A stretch of DNA of 64,000 nucleotides, taken from positions 25,508-89,507 of the forward strand of contig NZ_JBCNJR010000008.1 of the NCBI RefSeq assembly GCF_039596455.1, written 5' to 3'. The DNA comes from Chitinophaga sp. (GTDB taxonomy: Bacteria; Bacteroidota; Bacteroidia; Chitinophagales; Chitinophagaceae). Both the position numbers and the translations under genes were made by a program. Below the pieces are notes generated by a model, which was not told where the DNA came from, did no database searches, and worked only from the letters and a program-made list of their open reading frames with translations. Position 1 is the stretch's first letter, and each line of letters begins with the position of its first letter. Below are positions 44,183 through 53,389 of this stretch, piece by piece.

Positions 44183-44749
44183 TTGACGGACATCATAGCA
44201 CAATTAAAGCAGGGGAACGAGGCCGCCTTTAAAGATCTGGTGGCCCGTTGGCAGGGCATGGTTTACAACACTGCCCTTGGCATCCTGCAAAATGCCGCCG
44301 ATGCCGAAGATGTAGCCCAGGAAGTGTTTATGCAGGTGTTTGAGTCTGTTGGCAGCTTCAAGGGGGAATCACAGATATCTACCTGGCTGTACCGCATTAC
44401 GGTTACCAAGTGCCTGGACCATTTGCGGAAAAAAACACGCAAAAAGCGCTGGGGCAAGGTGTACAGTCTCTTCGGCCAGCAGAACGAGCTGCTGATAGAC
44501 CCGCCGGACTTTCATCACCCGGGCGTGCAGCTGGCAGACAAGGAAAGGGCCGCCCTGCTCTTCAGGGCCATTGCCAGCCTGCCGGAAAGCCAGAAAGTGG
44601 CCTTTGTGCTGCAAAAGCTGGAAGGCCTCAGCAGCCGGCAGATAGGGGAGGCCATGGATGCCAGCGTGTCTGCGGTAGAGGGTTTGCTGCACCGCGCCAA
44701 GCAGAACCTGCGGGAGCAACTGGAAGATTATTACAGAAATGAAGATTAA
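44183..44749 (+). CDS. ECF RNA polymerase sigma factor
   Basis: DAEDVAQEVF, ISTWLYRITV, SAVEGLLHRAKQNL; TTG start. Confidence 0.92.
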   Translation: MTDIIAQLKQGNEAAFKDLVARWQGMVYNTALGILQNAADAEDVAQEVFMQVFESVGSFKGESQISTWLYRITVTKCLDHLRKKTRKKRWGKVYSLFGQQNELLIDPPDFHHPGVQLADKERAALLFRAIASLPESQKVAFVLQKLEGLSSRQIGEAMDASVSAVEGLLHRAKQNLREQLEDYYRNED

Positions 44750-44750
44750 G

Positions 44751-44779
44751 TGCAAGTTTTCAGCATAATTATCGTCTAA
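44751..44779 (+). promoter_or_regulatory. putative ECF promoter TGCAAG-N17-GTCTAA between sigma and anti-sigma genes
   Basis: Seen directly; same spacing as 24201-24229. Confidence 0.65.
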
Positions 44780-44795
44780 TTTAAATACAGCGAAT

Positions 44796-45140
44796 ATGAA
44801 GCAGAGACGAGACATACAACAGGAAACAGAACAGACCATGCGCAGCCTTGACGGGGTGCAGCGTGCAGAACCGGCGCCTTATTTCTATACCCGGCTCATG
44901 GCACGTATGCAGCAGGCCAGGCCCGCAGATGCCTGGGACCGTCTTATTGCGCTGATCACCAGGCCTTCAGTGGCTATTACCGCGGTGGTGCTGATACTGG
45001 CAGCCAACGGGTTCATGTTTGTATCTAAACTCAAAACCACTGCGGAGCTGGTAGAAACCACCGCCCTGCAGCAGGCCTTTGCCGATGAGTACCAGTTGGG
45101 CATCACCACTTTTTACGAATATGATAAAACAGAGCCATAA
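44796..45140 (+). CDS. small single-TM protein, probable anti-sigma factor
   Basis: AEPAPYFYTRLMARM motif then one TM helix; follows the ECF sigma. Confidence 0.7.
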   Translation: MKQRRDIQQETEQTMRSLDGVQRAEPAPYFYTRLMARMQQARPADAWDRLIALITRPSVAITAVVLILAANGFMFVSKLKTTAELVETTALQQAFADEYQLGITTFYEYDKTEP

Positions 45141-45664
45141 TGAAGGAAACATTTGCGAGGAATAAGGTACTGAGTTTACTGGTACTGGTACTGTTACTCA
45201 CCAATATTCTGCTGCTGGTGTTCTTTGTTTGGGCAAAGCCGGAACCGCCCCACCCCGGTGGCAATGGCGCCAAGAGTGACAGGGGAGGAGTAACCCAGAT
45301 ACTGGAAAAGGAAGTAGGCTTTAACGCAGAGCAGATGGAACAGTACAAAAAGCTGAAAGACCAGCATTGGGATAAAATGAAGCCTTATTTCGGGGAGCTG
45401 CGCAACGCCCGGAATAATTTTTACAAACTGCTGAACCAGGCCAGCGTGCCGGATTCAGTGATCAACAGCGCCGCAGACTCCATTGCCGCCAAACAGAAGC
45501 AGATGGACCTGCAAACATTCCGTCACTTTCAACAGGTGAAAGCCATCTGCACCCCTGAACAGCAGGCCCGGTTTGACACACTGGTGCAGCAGGTTATCAA
45601 ACGCATGGGCGGCGGCCCGCGCAGAAGCCAGCCGAAAGAAGACAGTACCCGTCACGGATCATGA
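45140..45664 (+). CDS. Spy/CpxP/ZraP-like periplasmic helical protein
   Basis: N-terminal TM; helical repeats GFNAEQ and ICTPEQ (LTxxQ-like). Confidence 0.75.
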   Translation: MKETFARNKVLSLLVLVLLLTNILLLVFFVWAKPEPPHPGGNGAKSDRGGVTQILEKEVGFNAEQMEQYKKLKDQHWDKMKPYFGELRNARNNFYKLLNQASVPDSVINSAADSIAAKQKQMDLQTFRHFQQVKAICTPEQQARFDTLVQQVIKRMGGGPRRSQPKEDSTRHGS

Positions 45665-45710
45665 GCATTAATATAAATTTCCTTAACAGCACCCACTAAC
45701 AACGAAAAAC

Positions 45711-46094
45711 ATGAAAAAGCTCCTATTATTGCTGGCTTTCGGGCTGGCCGTAAACTTCAGTGCCCAGGCCCAGCAGGGTGGCCAGCGCCGCAGTGTGGAA
45801 GAACGCGTGAAAATGACGCTGGACCGTATGAAGGAAACCCTCCAGATAACGCCGGAACAAACGGTGAAGCTGGACTCTGTGTTCACCAAATCATTCAAAG
45901 ACATGGAGAAAGCGCGTGAAGGCGCCAGAAGCTCCGGCAACCGCATGGACCGTGATGCGTTCATGAAATTTGCCAATGAAAGGGACGAAAAGATCAAATC
46001 CATTCTCACGGAAGAGCAGTACAAGAAGTACAAAGCCGCCGAAGAAGAAAGGCGCCAGCGCATGGGCAACCGTGGCGGCGGCGGGAATAACTAG
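45711..46094 (+). CDS. exported LTxxQ-like helical protein (DUF4890-like)
   Basis: Signal peptide; LQITPEQ, ILTEEQYKKY. Confidence 0.7.
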   Translation: MKKLLLLLAFGLAVNFSAQAQQGGQRRSVEERVKMTLDRMKETLQITPEQTVKLDSVFTKSFKDMEKAREGARSSGNRMDRDAFMKFANERDEKIKSILTEEQYKKYKAAEEERRQRMGNRGGGGNN

Positions 46095-46116
46095 GCAACC
46101 CGCAAGGAAAGTAATG

Positions 46117-46174
46117 GCCGTATCATACCGCAAAATAACCCGGAAGAATGCACGCGGTATGGTACGGCTTTTTT
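46117..46174 (+). terminator. long-stem terminator of the ECF/Spy operon
   Basis: 15-bp stem GCCGTATCATACCGC / GCGGTATGGTACGGC, 22-nt loop, TTTTTT. Confidence 0.75.
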
Positions 46175-46210
46175 ATGCCGTGTAAAGAAATCCGTATTAT
46201 TGTACACGGT

Positions 46211-47683
46211 ATGCTGCAATTCCTCAAAGACCACTGGCAATCCATCGGCATTATTATTCTCTACGGCCTTACGGCGCTGGTAGCCGTTAAAGCCCTTATG
46301 GAAACCCGTACCACGGGTAAAACCCTGGCTTACCTGCTGCTGCTTTTTTTTATTCCCGGCCTGGGCGTGGTGATCTACCTGCTCATTGGCGTAAACCGCC
46401 GTGTAAACCGTATCTACAGCCGCAAATGGATGAGCAACGTGCGCCTCAGCGAGCGGCTTAAAGACTATCTGCGCAAGGAGAACAGGGATACACTGCTGGA
46501 ACACTCCGCCCTGGTAGACAACAAGGGCGGCATTGCCCGTCTGCTTTTCCGGGATACGCTGTCTCCCATCACGGCAGACAATGAAACGGAAGTGCTCATT
46601 AACGGAGAAGAGAAGTTTCCCGCCCTGCTCAGCGCCCTGCGCAGCGCCCAGCATCACATCCACCTGGAGTACTACATTTTTGAGGAAGATATCATTGGCC
46701 GCGAGGTAATGGACATCCTGACGCAGAAGGCCAGGGAAGGCGTGGAGGTACGGTTCATTTATGACGATTTTGGCAGCAGTGATATTAACCGCCGCTTCCT
46801 CCGGGAAATGAGGGCCGCCGGCATCGAAGTGTACCCTTTCTACAAGATCAGGCTGCTGGCCAACCGCCTCAACTATCGCAATCACCGTAAAATAGTGGTG
46901 ATAGACGGGCATACCGGCTTCATAGGCGGTATCAATATTGCAGACCGCTATATCAATGACCCCCGGTACCGCCAGGCTCACCAGCACTGGCCCTTCTGGA
47001 GAGATACACACCTCCGTATCAAAGGCCAGGGCGTGCATACGCTGCAGTTCCTGTTTATGGGAGACTGGAACTTTTGTGCGGAAACAGACCTGCCCATTAC
47101 GCAGGAGTTTTTCCCGGACATTGAGACCAAGGGAGATGACCTGGTGCAGATTGCCGCCAGCGGCCCCGATTCAGAGCGCTCTTCCATTATGCTCTCCTTT
47201 CTGGCCGCCATTAATCAGGCGGAGCGTTCCGTCTACATTACCACCCCGTATTTCATTCCCAACGAAGCCATTTACAATGCCCTGCAGCAGGCCGCCCTCT
47301 CTGGTGTAGACGTGCGCCTGCTGGTGCCCGGTGAAAGTGACAGCCGCCTGGTGAACAAGGCCGCGGAGTCTTTTTATGAAGACCTGCTGGCCTGCGGTGT
47401 GCGCATTTTCCGGTACAACAAGGGTTTTGTACATGCCAAAACCATGGTGGTAGATGATAACCTGTCTGTAGTAGGCACGGCAAATATGGATATCCGCAGT
47501 TTTGACTTTAACTTTGAGGTAAATGCTTTTGTGTACAGCCGGGAGATCAACTGGAAGCTCACGGAAGTATTTTTGCAGGATGCTCTTTACAGCAATGAGC
47601 TGATGCTGGACGGCTGGCGTGACCGCGGCCGCTGGGCGAGGCTGGGGGAGGCGGTGGTGCGGCTGATTTCCCCCCTGCTGTGA
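46211..47683 (+). CDS. cls: cardiolipin synthase
   Basis: Two HKD motifs (NHRKIVVID, VHAKTMVVD); N-terminal TM helices; ATG 46211 chosen because 46148 lies in the upstream terminator. Confidence 0.95.
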   Translation: MLQFLKDHWQSIGIIILYGLTALVAVKALMETRTTGKTLAYLLLLFFIPGLGVVIYLLIGVNRRVNRIYSRKWMSNVRLSERLKDYLRKENRDTLLEHSALVDNKGGIARLLFRDTLSPITADNETEVLINGEEKFPALLSALRSAQHHIHLEYYIFEEDIIGREVMDILTQKAREGVEVRFIYDDFGSSDINRRFLREMRAAGIEVYPFYKIRLLANRLNYRNHRKIVVIDGHTGFIGGINIADRYINDPRYRQAHQHWPFWRDTHLRIKGQGVHTLQFLFMGDWNFCAETDLPITQEFFPDIETKGDDLVQIAASGPDSERSSIMLSFLAAINQAERSVYITTPYFIPNEAIYNALQQAALSGVDVRLLVPGESDSRLVNKAAESFYEDLLACGVRIFRYNKGFVHAKTMVVDDNLSVVGTANMDIRSFDFNFEVNAFVYSREINWKLTEVFLQDALYSNELMLDGWRDRGRWARLGEAVVRLISPLL

Positions 47684-47710
47684 CAGTGCCCAGGTTGGCG
47701 GAGAAAAAAA

Positions 47711-47754
47711 ATAAATCGATAGATTTCGATATTTCAAAAAACTACCTATATTTG
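47711..47754 (+). promoter_or_regulatory. ArsR operator (ATCG...CGAT) and TATATTTG -7 element
   Basis: ATAAATCGATAGATTTCGAT at 47711; TATATTTG 47747-47754; ATAAATCGATA recurs at 48061-48071. Confidence 0.6.
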
Positions 47755-47758
47755 CATC

Positions 47759-48028
47759 ATGGACGCAGCGATGATTGAGAAAGCAGCGAACGCTCTGGCA
47801 GACAAGAACCGGATGGCTATACTCATGAAGATAGCACGGCAGGAGTGTCTTTGCTGCGGTGAGATTAAGGATTTTACCTGTCTTTCGCAACCTACCGTAT
47901 CCCATCACATCAAGATACTGGTAGATAGCGGGGTGCTCATCAGCACCAAGGAGGGCCGGAATGTGACGTTGACCATCAACAGGGAAATGATGAAACACCT
48001 TTCCATGTTCTTTTTACAGCTCAGCTGA
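47759..48028 (+). CDS. ArsR/SmtB family transcriptional regulator
   Basis: ALADKNRMAIL, LSQPTVSHHIKILVDSG. Confidence 0.92.
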   Translation: MDAAMIEKAANALADKNRMAILMKIARQECLCCGEIKDFTCLSQPTVSHHIKILVDSGVLISTKEGRNVTLTINREMMKHLSMFFLQLS

Positions 48029-48090
48029 TTTTTTTTGGCCAAATACATCGAAGTTTTTAAATAAATCGATATAAATTAACACACACTTTT

Positions 48091-48852
48091 ATGAGCACCT
48101 TACAGAATAAAGTGGCCGTTATCACAGGCGGCAACAGTGGAATAGGGTACGCTACGGCAGAAGAGTTCATAGCCAGGGGGGCAAAGGTGGTGATTACGGG
48201 GCGCAACCGCACTGCTGTTGAAGCGGCTGCAGCCACGCTGGGCAACGGTACTTTGGGTATTACCGCTAACCAGGCCAGTCTCACCGATGCCGCACAGCTC
48301 ACAGAACAGGTAAAAACCACCTATGGCAAGGTTGACGTGCTGTTCGTCAACGCCGGTATAGGAGCGTTTGTACCCGTAGATCAGGTTACGGAAGCGCAAT
48401 TTGACGAAACGATGAACATAAATTTCAAGGGCGCCTTTTTCACTGTACAGAAATTTCTGCCCTTGCTGAACGATGGCGCTTCCATCGTACTGTTATCTTC
48501 CGTGAATGCCTTTACGGGCATGCCGGGGTCTTCAGTATACTCTGCCAGTAAAGCCGCGCTGAATTCCCTTGGCCGAACGTTAAGTCGCGAACTGGCCTCC
48601 CGTAACATCCGCGTAAACGTGGTGAACCCGGGACCCATCGTAACACCCATACTGGCCAAAGCCGGTATGGACGACGACAGCATAGCAGCGTTCCACAAAA
48701 AATTTGCAGAAAGGATACCGCTTAACCGCCCCGGGCAATCGGCAGAAGTGGCCAAACTGGTGGCCTTCCTGGCCTCCTCGGACGCTTCTTTCATTACCGG
48801 CGCAGAATACAATATTGATGGTGGGCTCACCATCCATGAACTGGTAGGATAA
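48091..48852 (+). CDS. short-chain dehydrogenase/reductase
   Basis: TGGNSGIG, VNAG, YSASK, NVVNPGP, DGG. Confidence 0.95.
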   Translation: MSTLQNKVAVITGGNSGIGYATAEEFIARGAKVVITGRNRTAVEAAAATLGNGTLGITANQASLTDAAQLTEQVKTTYGKVDVLFVNAGIGAFVPVDQVTEAQFDETMNINFKGAFFTVQKFLPLLNDGASIVLLSSVNAFTGMPGSSVYSASKAALNSLGRTLSRELASRNIRVNVVNPGPIVTPILAKAGMDDDSIAAFHKKFAERIPLNRPGQSAEVAKLVAFLASSDASFITGAEYNIDGGLTIHELVG

Positions 48853-48927
48853 AAATCGGAAGACTGCATACTTTCATAGTCCGTTGATTGACCCTGATGC
48901 GTTTAAAAACAAATTGACACTAGCAAG

Positions 48928-48959
48928 GCCGGGCAGTTTCGCACTGGTCCCGGCTTTTT
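48928..48959 (+). terminator. intrinsic terminator after SDR
   Basis: GCCGGG...CCCGGC stem plus TTTTT. Confidence 0.7.
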
Positions 48960-48990
48960 CTTTACATTCGAAGCATTAAAACCATGCGAT

Positions 48991-49464
48991 ATGATCAAAG
49001 AACCGGAAAGCCTTTACATTATCCGTTTTAATGACTGCGATCCGTTCAGCCATCTGAACAATGCTGCCTACATCAACTATTTTATGAATGCCCGTGAAGA
49101 CCACCTGGCAGACGCTTACGGCATTCAGCTGAAGAGCTACGCGGCCAAAGGGTTTGGCTGGGTAGTGACCCAGCACCAGATAGCCTATCTTAAACCGGCG
49201 CTGGTAGCGGAGCGGGTGTGTATCTTTTCCCGCGTGCTGGATTTTACGGACAGCCAGATAAGGGTGGAAATGTGGATGACGGACGAAGAAAAGAAAAAAG
49301 TGAAATCCGTGCTCTGGTCTACTTTCACCCATATAGACCTGAAAACCGGCCGCCGCGCGGTACATGATGCGGGCATGATGGAGCTGCTGGGCCAGATTGC
49401 GGCAGACCAGCTGCCGGCAGATACCTTTGAGCAGCGGGTAACCGCCATGCGGCAACCGGCCTGA
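48991..49464 (+). CDS. acyl-CoA thioesterase (4HBT/YbgC hot-dog fold)
   Basis: RFNDCDPFSHLNNAAY motif. Confidence 0.9.
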   Translation: MIKEPESLYIIRFNDCDPFSHLNNAAYINYFMNAREDHLADAYGIQLKSYAAKGFGWVVTQHQIAYLKPALVAERVCIFSRVLDFTDSQIRVEMWMTDEEKKKVKSVLWSTFTHIDLKTGRRAVHDAGMMELLGQIAADQLPADTFEQRVTAMRQPA

Positions 49465-49508
49465 AGCATCCTTTGTTAAACACCTCATAAAGAATATTGA
49501 ACCGAATA

Positions 49509-49529
49509 AGTAAACAGTTGTAGGAAAAC
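49509..49529 (+). repeat. left copy of exact 21-bp direct repeat AGTAAACAGTTGTAGGAAAAC
   Basis: Identical to 56368-56388; followed by a GCCGGGG-stem terminator. Confidence 0.95.
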
Positions 49530-49533
49530 AGCC

Positions 49534-49568
49534 GCCGGGGTAATCGTACCCCGGCTTTTTTATTTTTT
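49534..49568 (+). terminator. intrinsic terminator after thioesterase
   Basis: GCCGGGGT/ACCCCGGC stem and T-tract. Confidence 0.8.
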
Positions 49569-49569
49569 A

Positions 49570-49637
49570 TTTGGCCCGTTCAATTATTTTAATATCTTTG
49601 TCAGGAGTTTAACCAAATGGTTAAATAAGAGAGTTAA
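49570..49637 (+). promoter_or_regulatory. Bacteroidota sigma70 promoter plus TetR operator
   Basis: TTTG (49570-49573)-N19-TATCTTTG (49593-49600); palindrome TTAACCAAATGGTTAA at 49609-49624. Confidence 0.8.
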
Positions 49638-49639
49638 CG

Positions 49640-50248
49640 ATGCAGACATTAAATACCACGGAGCAACAGATCATAGAAGCAGCCAGGAAAATATTCATGC
49701 ACAGGGGCCTGGCCGGCGCCAGGATGCAGGATATTGCGGACGAAGCGGGTATCAACAAGGCCATGCTGCATTATTACTACCGCAGCAAGGAAAAGCTGTT
49801 TGAAATAGTGTTCTGGGAGGCTATAGATCAGCTGCTGGTGAGGGTGAACGCCGTATTGGCGGAAAAAATGCCGGTGCAGGACAAAATAGGTGCGGCCGTG
49901 AGCCATTACATCACCACACTGAGTGACAATCCGTACCTGCCGTTGTTTGTGCTGAATGAAATTCAGCAAAACCCGGAGCGTATTGTACAACGGTTTTTGC
50001 ATGCGCCCCTTTTTCCCAACGTACAGGTATTTATCAAGGAAATAGCGGCGGCCATGGAGCAGGGCGTTTTCAGAAAGGTGAATCCCGGCCAGCTGATGAT
50101 CAGCATTATTTCCATGTGTATATTCCCGTTTGTGGCCAAACCTTTGCTGCAGGCGGCTTTTACAGTAAATGATGTACAGTTCGGCATGATGATGGAAGAG
50201 CGGAAGAAGTTTGTGACGGATTTTGTGATGCACGCATTACGGCCCTGA
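49640..50248 (+). CDS. TetR/AcrR family regulator
   Basis: IIEAARKIF...IADEAGINKAMLHYYYRSKEKLF. Confidence 0.95.
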   Translation: MQTLNTTEQQIIEAARKIFMHRGLAGARMQDIADEAGINKAMLHYYYRSKEKLFEIVFWEAIDQLLVRVNAVLAEKMPVQDKIGAAVSHYITTLSDNPYLPLFVLNEIQQNPERIVQRFLHAPLFPNVQVFIKEIAAAMEQGVFRKVNPGQLMISIISMCIFPFVAKPLLQAAFTVNDVQFGMMMEERKKFVTDFVMHALRP

Positions 50249-50265
50249 TTTTTTTTGTGATGGAA

Positions 50266-50294
50266 TTAACCAAATAGTTAAATAAAAGAGTTAA
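50266..50294 (+). promoter_or_regulatory. second copy of TetR operator/leader upstream of tolC
   Basis: TTAACCAAATAGTTAAATAAAAGAGTTAA matches 49609-49637 at 27 of 29 positions. Confidence 0.8.
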
Positions 50295-50296
50295 TT

Positions 50297-51559
50297 ATGA
50301 AATTCTTTCCCCTGCTGCTTTTGGGGCTGCTGGCCACAGGCCGGTTACACGCCCAGGAGCAGCGCCTCACACTGGATTCCGCCTGGCATTACGCGCGGGA
50401 GTATTACCCCATGCTCAAACAGAAACAGGTGGTAGACGAGGTAACAGCCCTGCAGCTACGTAACATCAAAACCGGTTACCTGCCGCAGGTAGAGCTGGGC
50501 GGCAAGGCCACTTACCAGTCAGACGTAGTGAGCATCCCCATTAAACTACCCAATGTGAACATCCCCACTATTCCCAGAGACCAGTACAATGTTGAGCTGA
50601 TGGTGAAACAAACCATCTGGGACGGCGGCGTCACCGCAGGGCAGCGGGAGCTGCAGCTGGCACAACAGAAAACCGAGCAGCAAAGGGTGGAGGTGGAAAT
50701 GCACAAGCTGCGCCAGCAGGTAATGCAGGTCTATTTTAACGCACTGCTGTGGGAAGAGAACCTGGCCGCCAGGCAGCAGATGCAGGCCGAGGTAAAGCAG
50801 CGGATGGAACGGCTGCAGGCCGGGGTAGACAACGGCACGGTGCTGGCCAGCCAGGTAGACATACTGAAGGCGGAGCTGCTGAAAACGGAGCAGCAGGTAT
50901 ATGAGGCCCAAACAGGCAAACGCGCCGCCATTCAGGTACTGGCCTTGCTCACGGGGAAAGATATAGGGGAAGATGTGCAGCTGCAATTACCCGCCGCTCA
51001 ACCTGAGCAAAGCGGAGAGCTGCAACGCCCTGAGCTGCAGCTGTACCGCTACCAGGCAGACGTACTGCAGCAGCAGGGCCGCCTCACCGGCACGCGCAGC
51101 ATGCCCAGGCTGAGCGCCTTTGCCACCGGCGGTTATGGCCGGCCGGGTCTTAATATGCTTGACAACAAGTTCGACTTCTACTACATAGGCGGCCTGCGCC
51201 TCAACTGGACGCTCTGGAACTGGCGCTACAACCGCACGGAGAAAGCCATTCTCCAGCAGCAGGAGCGTACCGTGGCCGCGCAGTCTGAAACCTTTTCCCT
51301 GCAAACGCGTTCGCAATTGCTGCAGCAGTCTGCCGAGATCAGCAACCTGTCCGCCGCGCTGGAAAAAGACAAGGAAATTGTTTCCCTGCGCAAAAGCGTG
51401 CGCACGGTATCTGCCGCGCAGCTGGACAACGGGGTGATGACGGTACATGACTATCTTACCGACCTGCACGCAGAAACGCAGGCGGTGATAGCGGAGAAAA
51501 CGCACCACATACAATGGGTCTACGCCACATTGAATTACCAGGTTATTAAAGGCAATTAA
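50297..51559 (+). CDS. TolC family outer-membrane efflux protein
   Basis: Signal peptide, YLPQVEL, QTIWDGG, coiled-coil helices; heads the efflux operon. Confidence 0.9.
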   Translation: MKFFPLLLLGLLATGRLHAQEQRLTLDSAWHYAREYYPMLKQKQVVDEVTALQLRNIKTGYLPQVELGGKATYQSDVVSIPIKLPNVNIPTIPRDQYNVELMVKQTIWDGGVTAGQRELQLAQQKTEQQRVEVEMHKLRQQVMQVYFNALLWEENLAARQQMQAEVKQRMERLQAGVDNGTVLASQVDILKAELLKTEQQVYEAQTGKRAAIQVLALLTGKDIGEDVQLQLPAAQPEQSGELQRPELQLYRYQADVLQQQGRLTGTRSMPRLSAFATGGYGRPGLNMLDNKFDFYYIGGLRLNWTLWNWRYNRTEKAILQQQERTVAAQSETFSLQTRSQLLQQSAEISNLSAALEKDKEIVSLRKSVRTVSAAQLDNGVMTVHDYLTDLHAETQAVIAEKTHHIQWVYATLNYQVIKGN

Positions 51560-51570
51560 AACATACACTG

Positions 51571-52467
51571 ATGAAAACAACGGTAACGGCCATATCAATA
51601 CTAACGCTCTTAACCGCCTGCGGCAACAGGGAAAACGCGGCGGACGCCTACGGGAACTTTGAGTCCACAGAAGTGATCGTGTCTGCGGAGGCCACCGGCC
51701 GCCTGCTCACTTTCAGCGTGGAGGAAGGCATGCAGCTGGCCGCCAATGCCCTGGTGGGCGGTATAGACTCCGTGCAGCTCAACCTGCGCAAAGCGCAATT
51801 GGGCGCCAATATCAAGGCGGTGCTGAGCAAAAAGCCGGAGGTAAACCCTCAACTGGAAGTGATCCGCCAGCAGATAGCCACCCAGCAGAAAGAAAGGCAG
51901 CGCATCCAGAACCTGCTGAAGGCCAACGCCGCCACACCCAAACAACTGGACGATATCAACGCGGCCATTGCCGTGTTGGAAAAACAATATGCCTCCACCG
52001 CCTCCACTCTCCATACACAGGTAAGCGGCATCAGCAGTGAAACGCAGCCCCTGCAGCTACAGGTAGAGCAGGTGAAGGAGCAACTGGCCCAAAGCCGCGT
52101 TATCAACCCCGTGGCCGGTACCGTGCTCACCAAGTACGTGGAAAAAGGAGAGGTGGTGAACTACGGCAAACCGCTATACAAGATAGCAGACCTCAATACC
52201 ATGTACCTCCGCGCCTACGTGAGCGGCAGCCAGCTGCCGCGCCTGAAAACCGGCCAGCAGGTAACGGTGCAGACAGACATGCCTGACGGCAGCCTCAAAA
52301 ACTGGCCGGGTACGGTAAGCTGGATAGCGTCTGAAGCGGAGTTTACGCCCAAAACCATCCAGACAAGGGAGGAAAGGGTACAGCTGGTATACGCCGTAAA
52401 AGTGCGCGTACAAAATGACGGCAGCCTCAAAATAGGCATGCCGGGAGAATTAAGGATCACTCAATAA
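51571..52467 (+). CDS. HlyD/YbhG-like membrane fusion protein (lipoprotein)
   Basis: LTAC lipobox; GNFESTEVIVSAEATG, AEFTPKTIQT, VYAVKV, LKIGMP. Confidence 0.92.
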   Translation: MKTTVTAISILTLLTACGNRENAADAYGNFESTEVIVSAEATGRLLTFSVEEGMQLAANALVGGIDSVQLNLRKAQLGANIKAVLSKKPEVNPQLEVIRQQIATQQKERQRIQNLLKANAATPKQLDDINAAIAVLEKQYASTASTLHTQVSGISSETQPLQLQVEQVKEQLAQSRVINPVAGTVLTKYVEKGEVVNYGKPLYKIADLNTMYLRAYVSGSQLPRLKTGQQVTVQTDMPDGSLKNWPGTVSWIASEAEFTPKTIQTREERVQLVYAVKVRVQNDGSLKIGMPGELRITQ

Positions 52468-52474
52468 TTGCGTT

Positions 52475-53389
52475 ATGCAACCCATTGTGATAGAAAACGT
52501 ACACAAGAGTTTTGGTGATGTAAAGGCCCTCCACAACATTTCTTTTGCGGTGGAAGAAGGGGAGCTGTTTGGCCTCATCGGGCCGGACGGCGCGGGAAAG
52601 TCTACCCTGTTCCGCATACTGGCCACACTGCTGCTGGCAGACAAGGGGAACGCCTTTGTGAACGGCCTGCATGTGGTGAAAGATTACAAGGCCATCCGCC
52701 GGCAGGTGGGTTATATGCCGGGGCGCTTCTCCCTCTACCAGGACCTCACCATTGAAGAGAACCTGAATTTCTTCGCCACTATTTTTAAAACCAGTGTGGA
52801 AGAGAATTATGATCTCATCAAAGACATCTACGATCAGATAGCGCCCTTCAAAAACCGTCCGGCAGGCAAACTTTCCGGCGGTATGAAACAGAAGCTCGCA
52901 CTGTGTTGCGCGCTGGTGCACAAACCAGCCGTGCTGTTCCTGGATGAGCCCACCACGGGCGTAGACCCCGTTTCCCGCAAAGAGTTCTGGGAAATGCTGC
53001 AGCGCCTGCGGCAGAAAGGCATCCCCATCCTCGTATCCACTCCTTACATGGATGAAGCTATGCTCTGCGACCGGGTTGCGCTGATCCAGAAAGGGGAGAT
53101 CATGCAGATCAACACGCCCGGCAACATCGTAAAAAGCTACGGCAAAAAGATATGGGCTATGCGGGCAGACAATATGTTCCGTCTCATACAAGACCTGCGG
53201 GCCTTTGAAGGAACAGACAGCTGTTTTGCCTTTGGGGAATACCTGCATGTAACGCTGCATGTACCCGTAGCAGCAGCGGAAGCCTACCTGGCCCCGTTGC
53301 AGCACGGCAACCTGGTGATCAAACCCGCGCAGCCCGGCATTGAAGATGCTTTCATGCAGCTGATGCAGGAACAAAATGAAACGGTATGA
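52475..53389 (+). CDS. ABC transporter ATP-binding protein (YbhF N-half-like)
   Basis: GPDGAGKS, LSGGMKQK, LDEPTTGVDP. Confidence 0.95.
   Translation: MQPIVIENVHKSFGDVKALHNISFAVEEGELFGLIGPDGAGKSTLFRILATLLLADKGNAFVNGLHVVKDYKAIRRQVGYMPGRFSLYQDLTIEENLNFFATIFKTSVEENYDLIKDIYDQIAPFKNRPAGKLSGGMKQKLALCCALVHKPAVLFLDEPTTGVDPVSRKEFWEMLQRLRQKGIPILVSTPYMDEAMLCDRVALIQKGEIMQINTPGNIVKSYGKKIWAMRADNMFRLIQDLRAFEGTDSCFAFGEYLHVTLHVPVAAAEAYLAPLQHGNLVIKPAQPGIEDAFMQLMQEQNETV

Noticed and set aside
46148-46210. N-terminal extension of cls in the ORF track
   Set aside because: Starts inside the upstream terminator hairpin.
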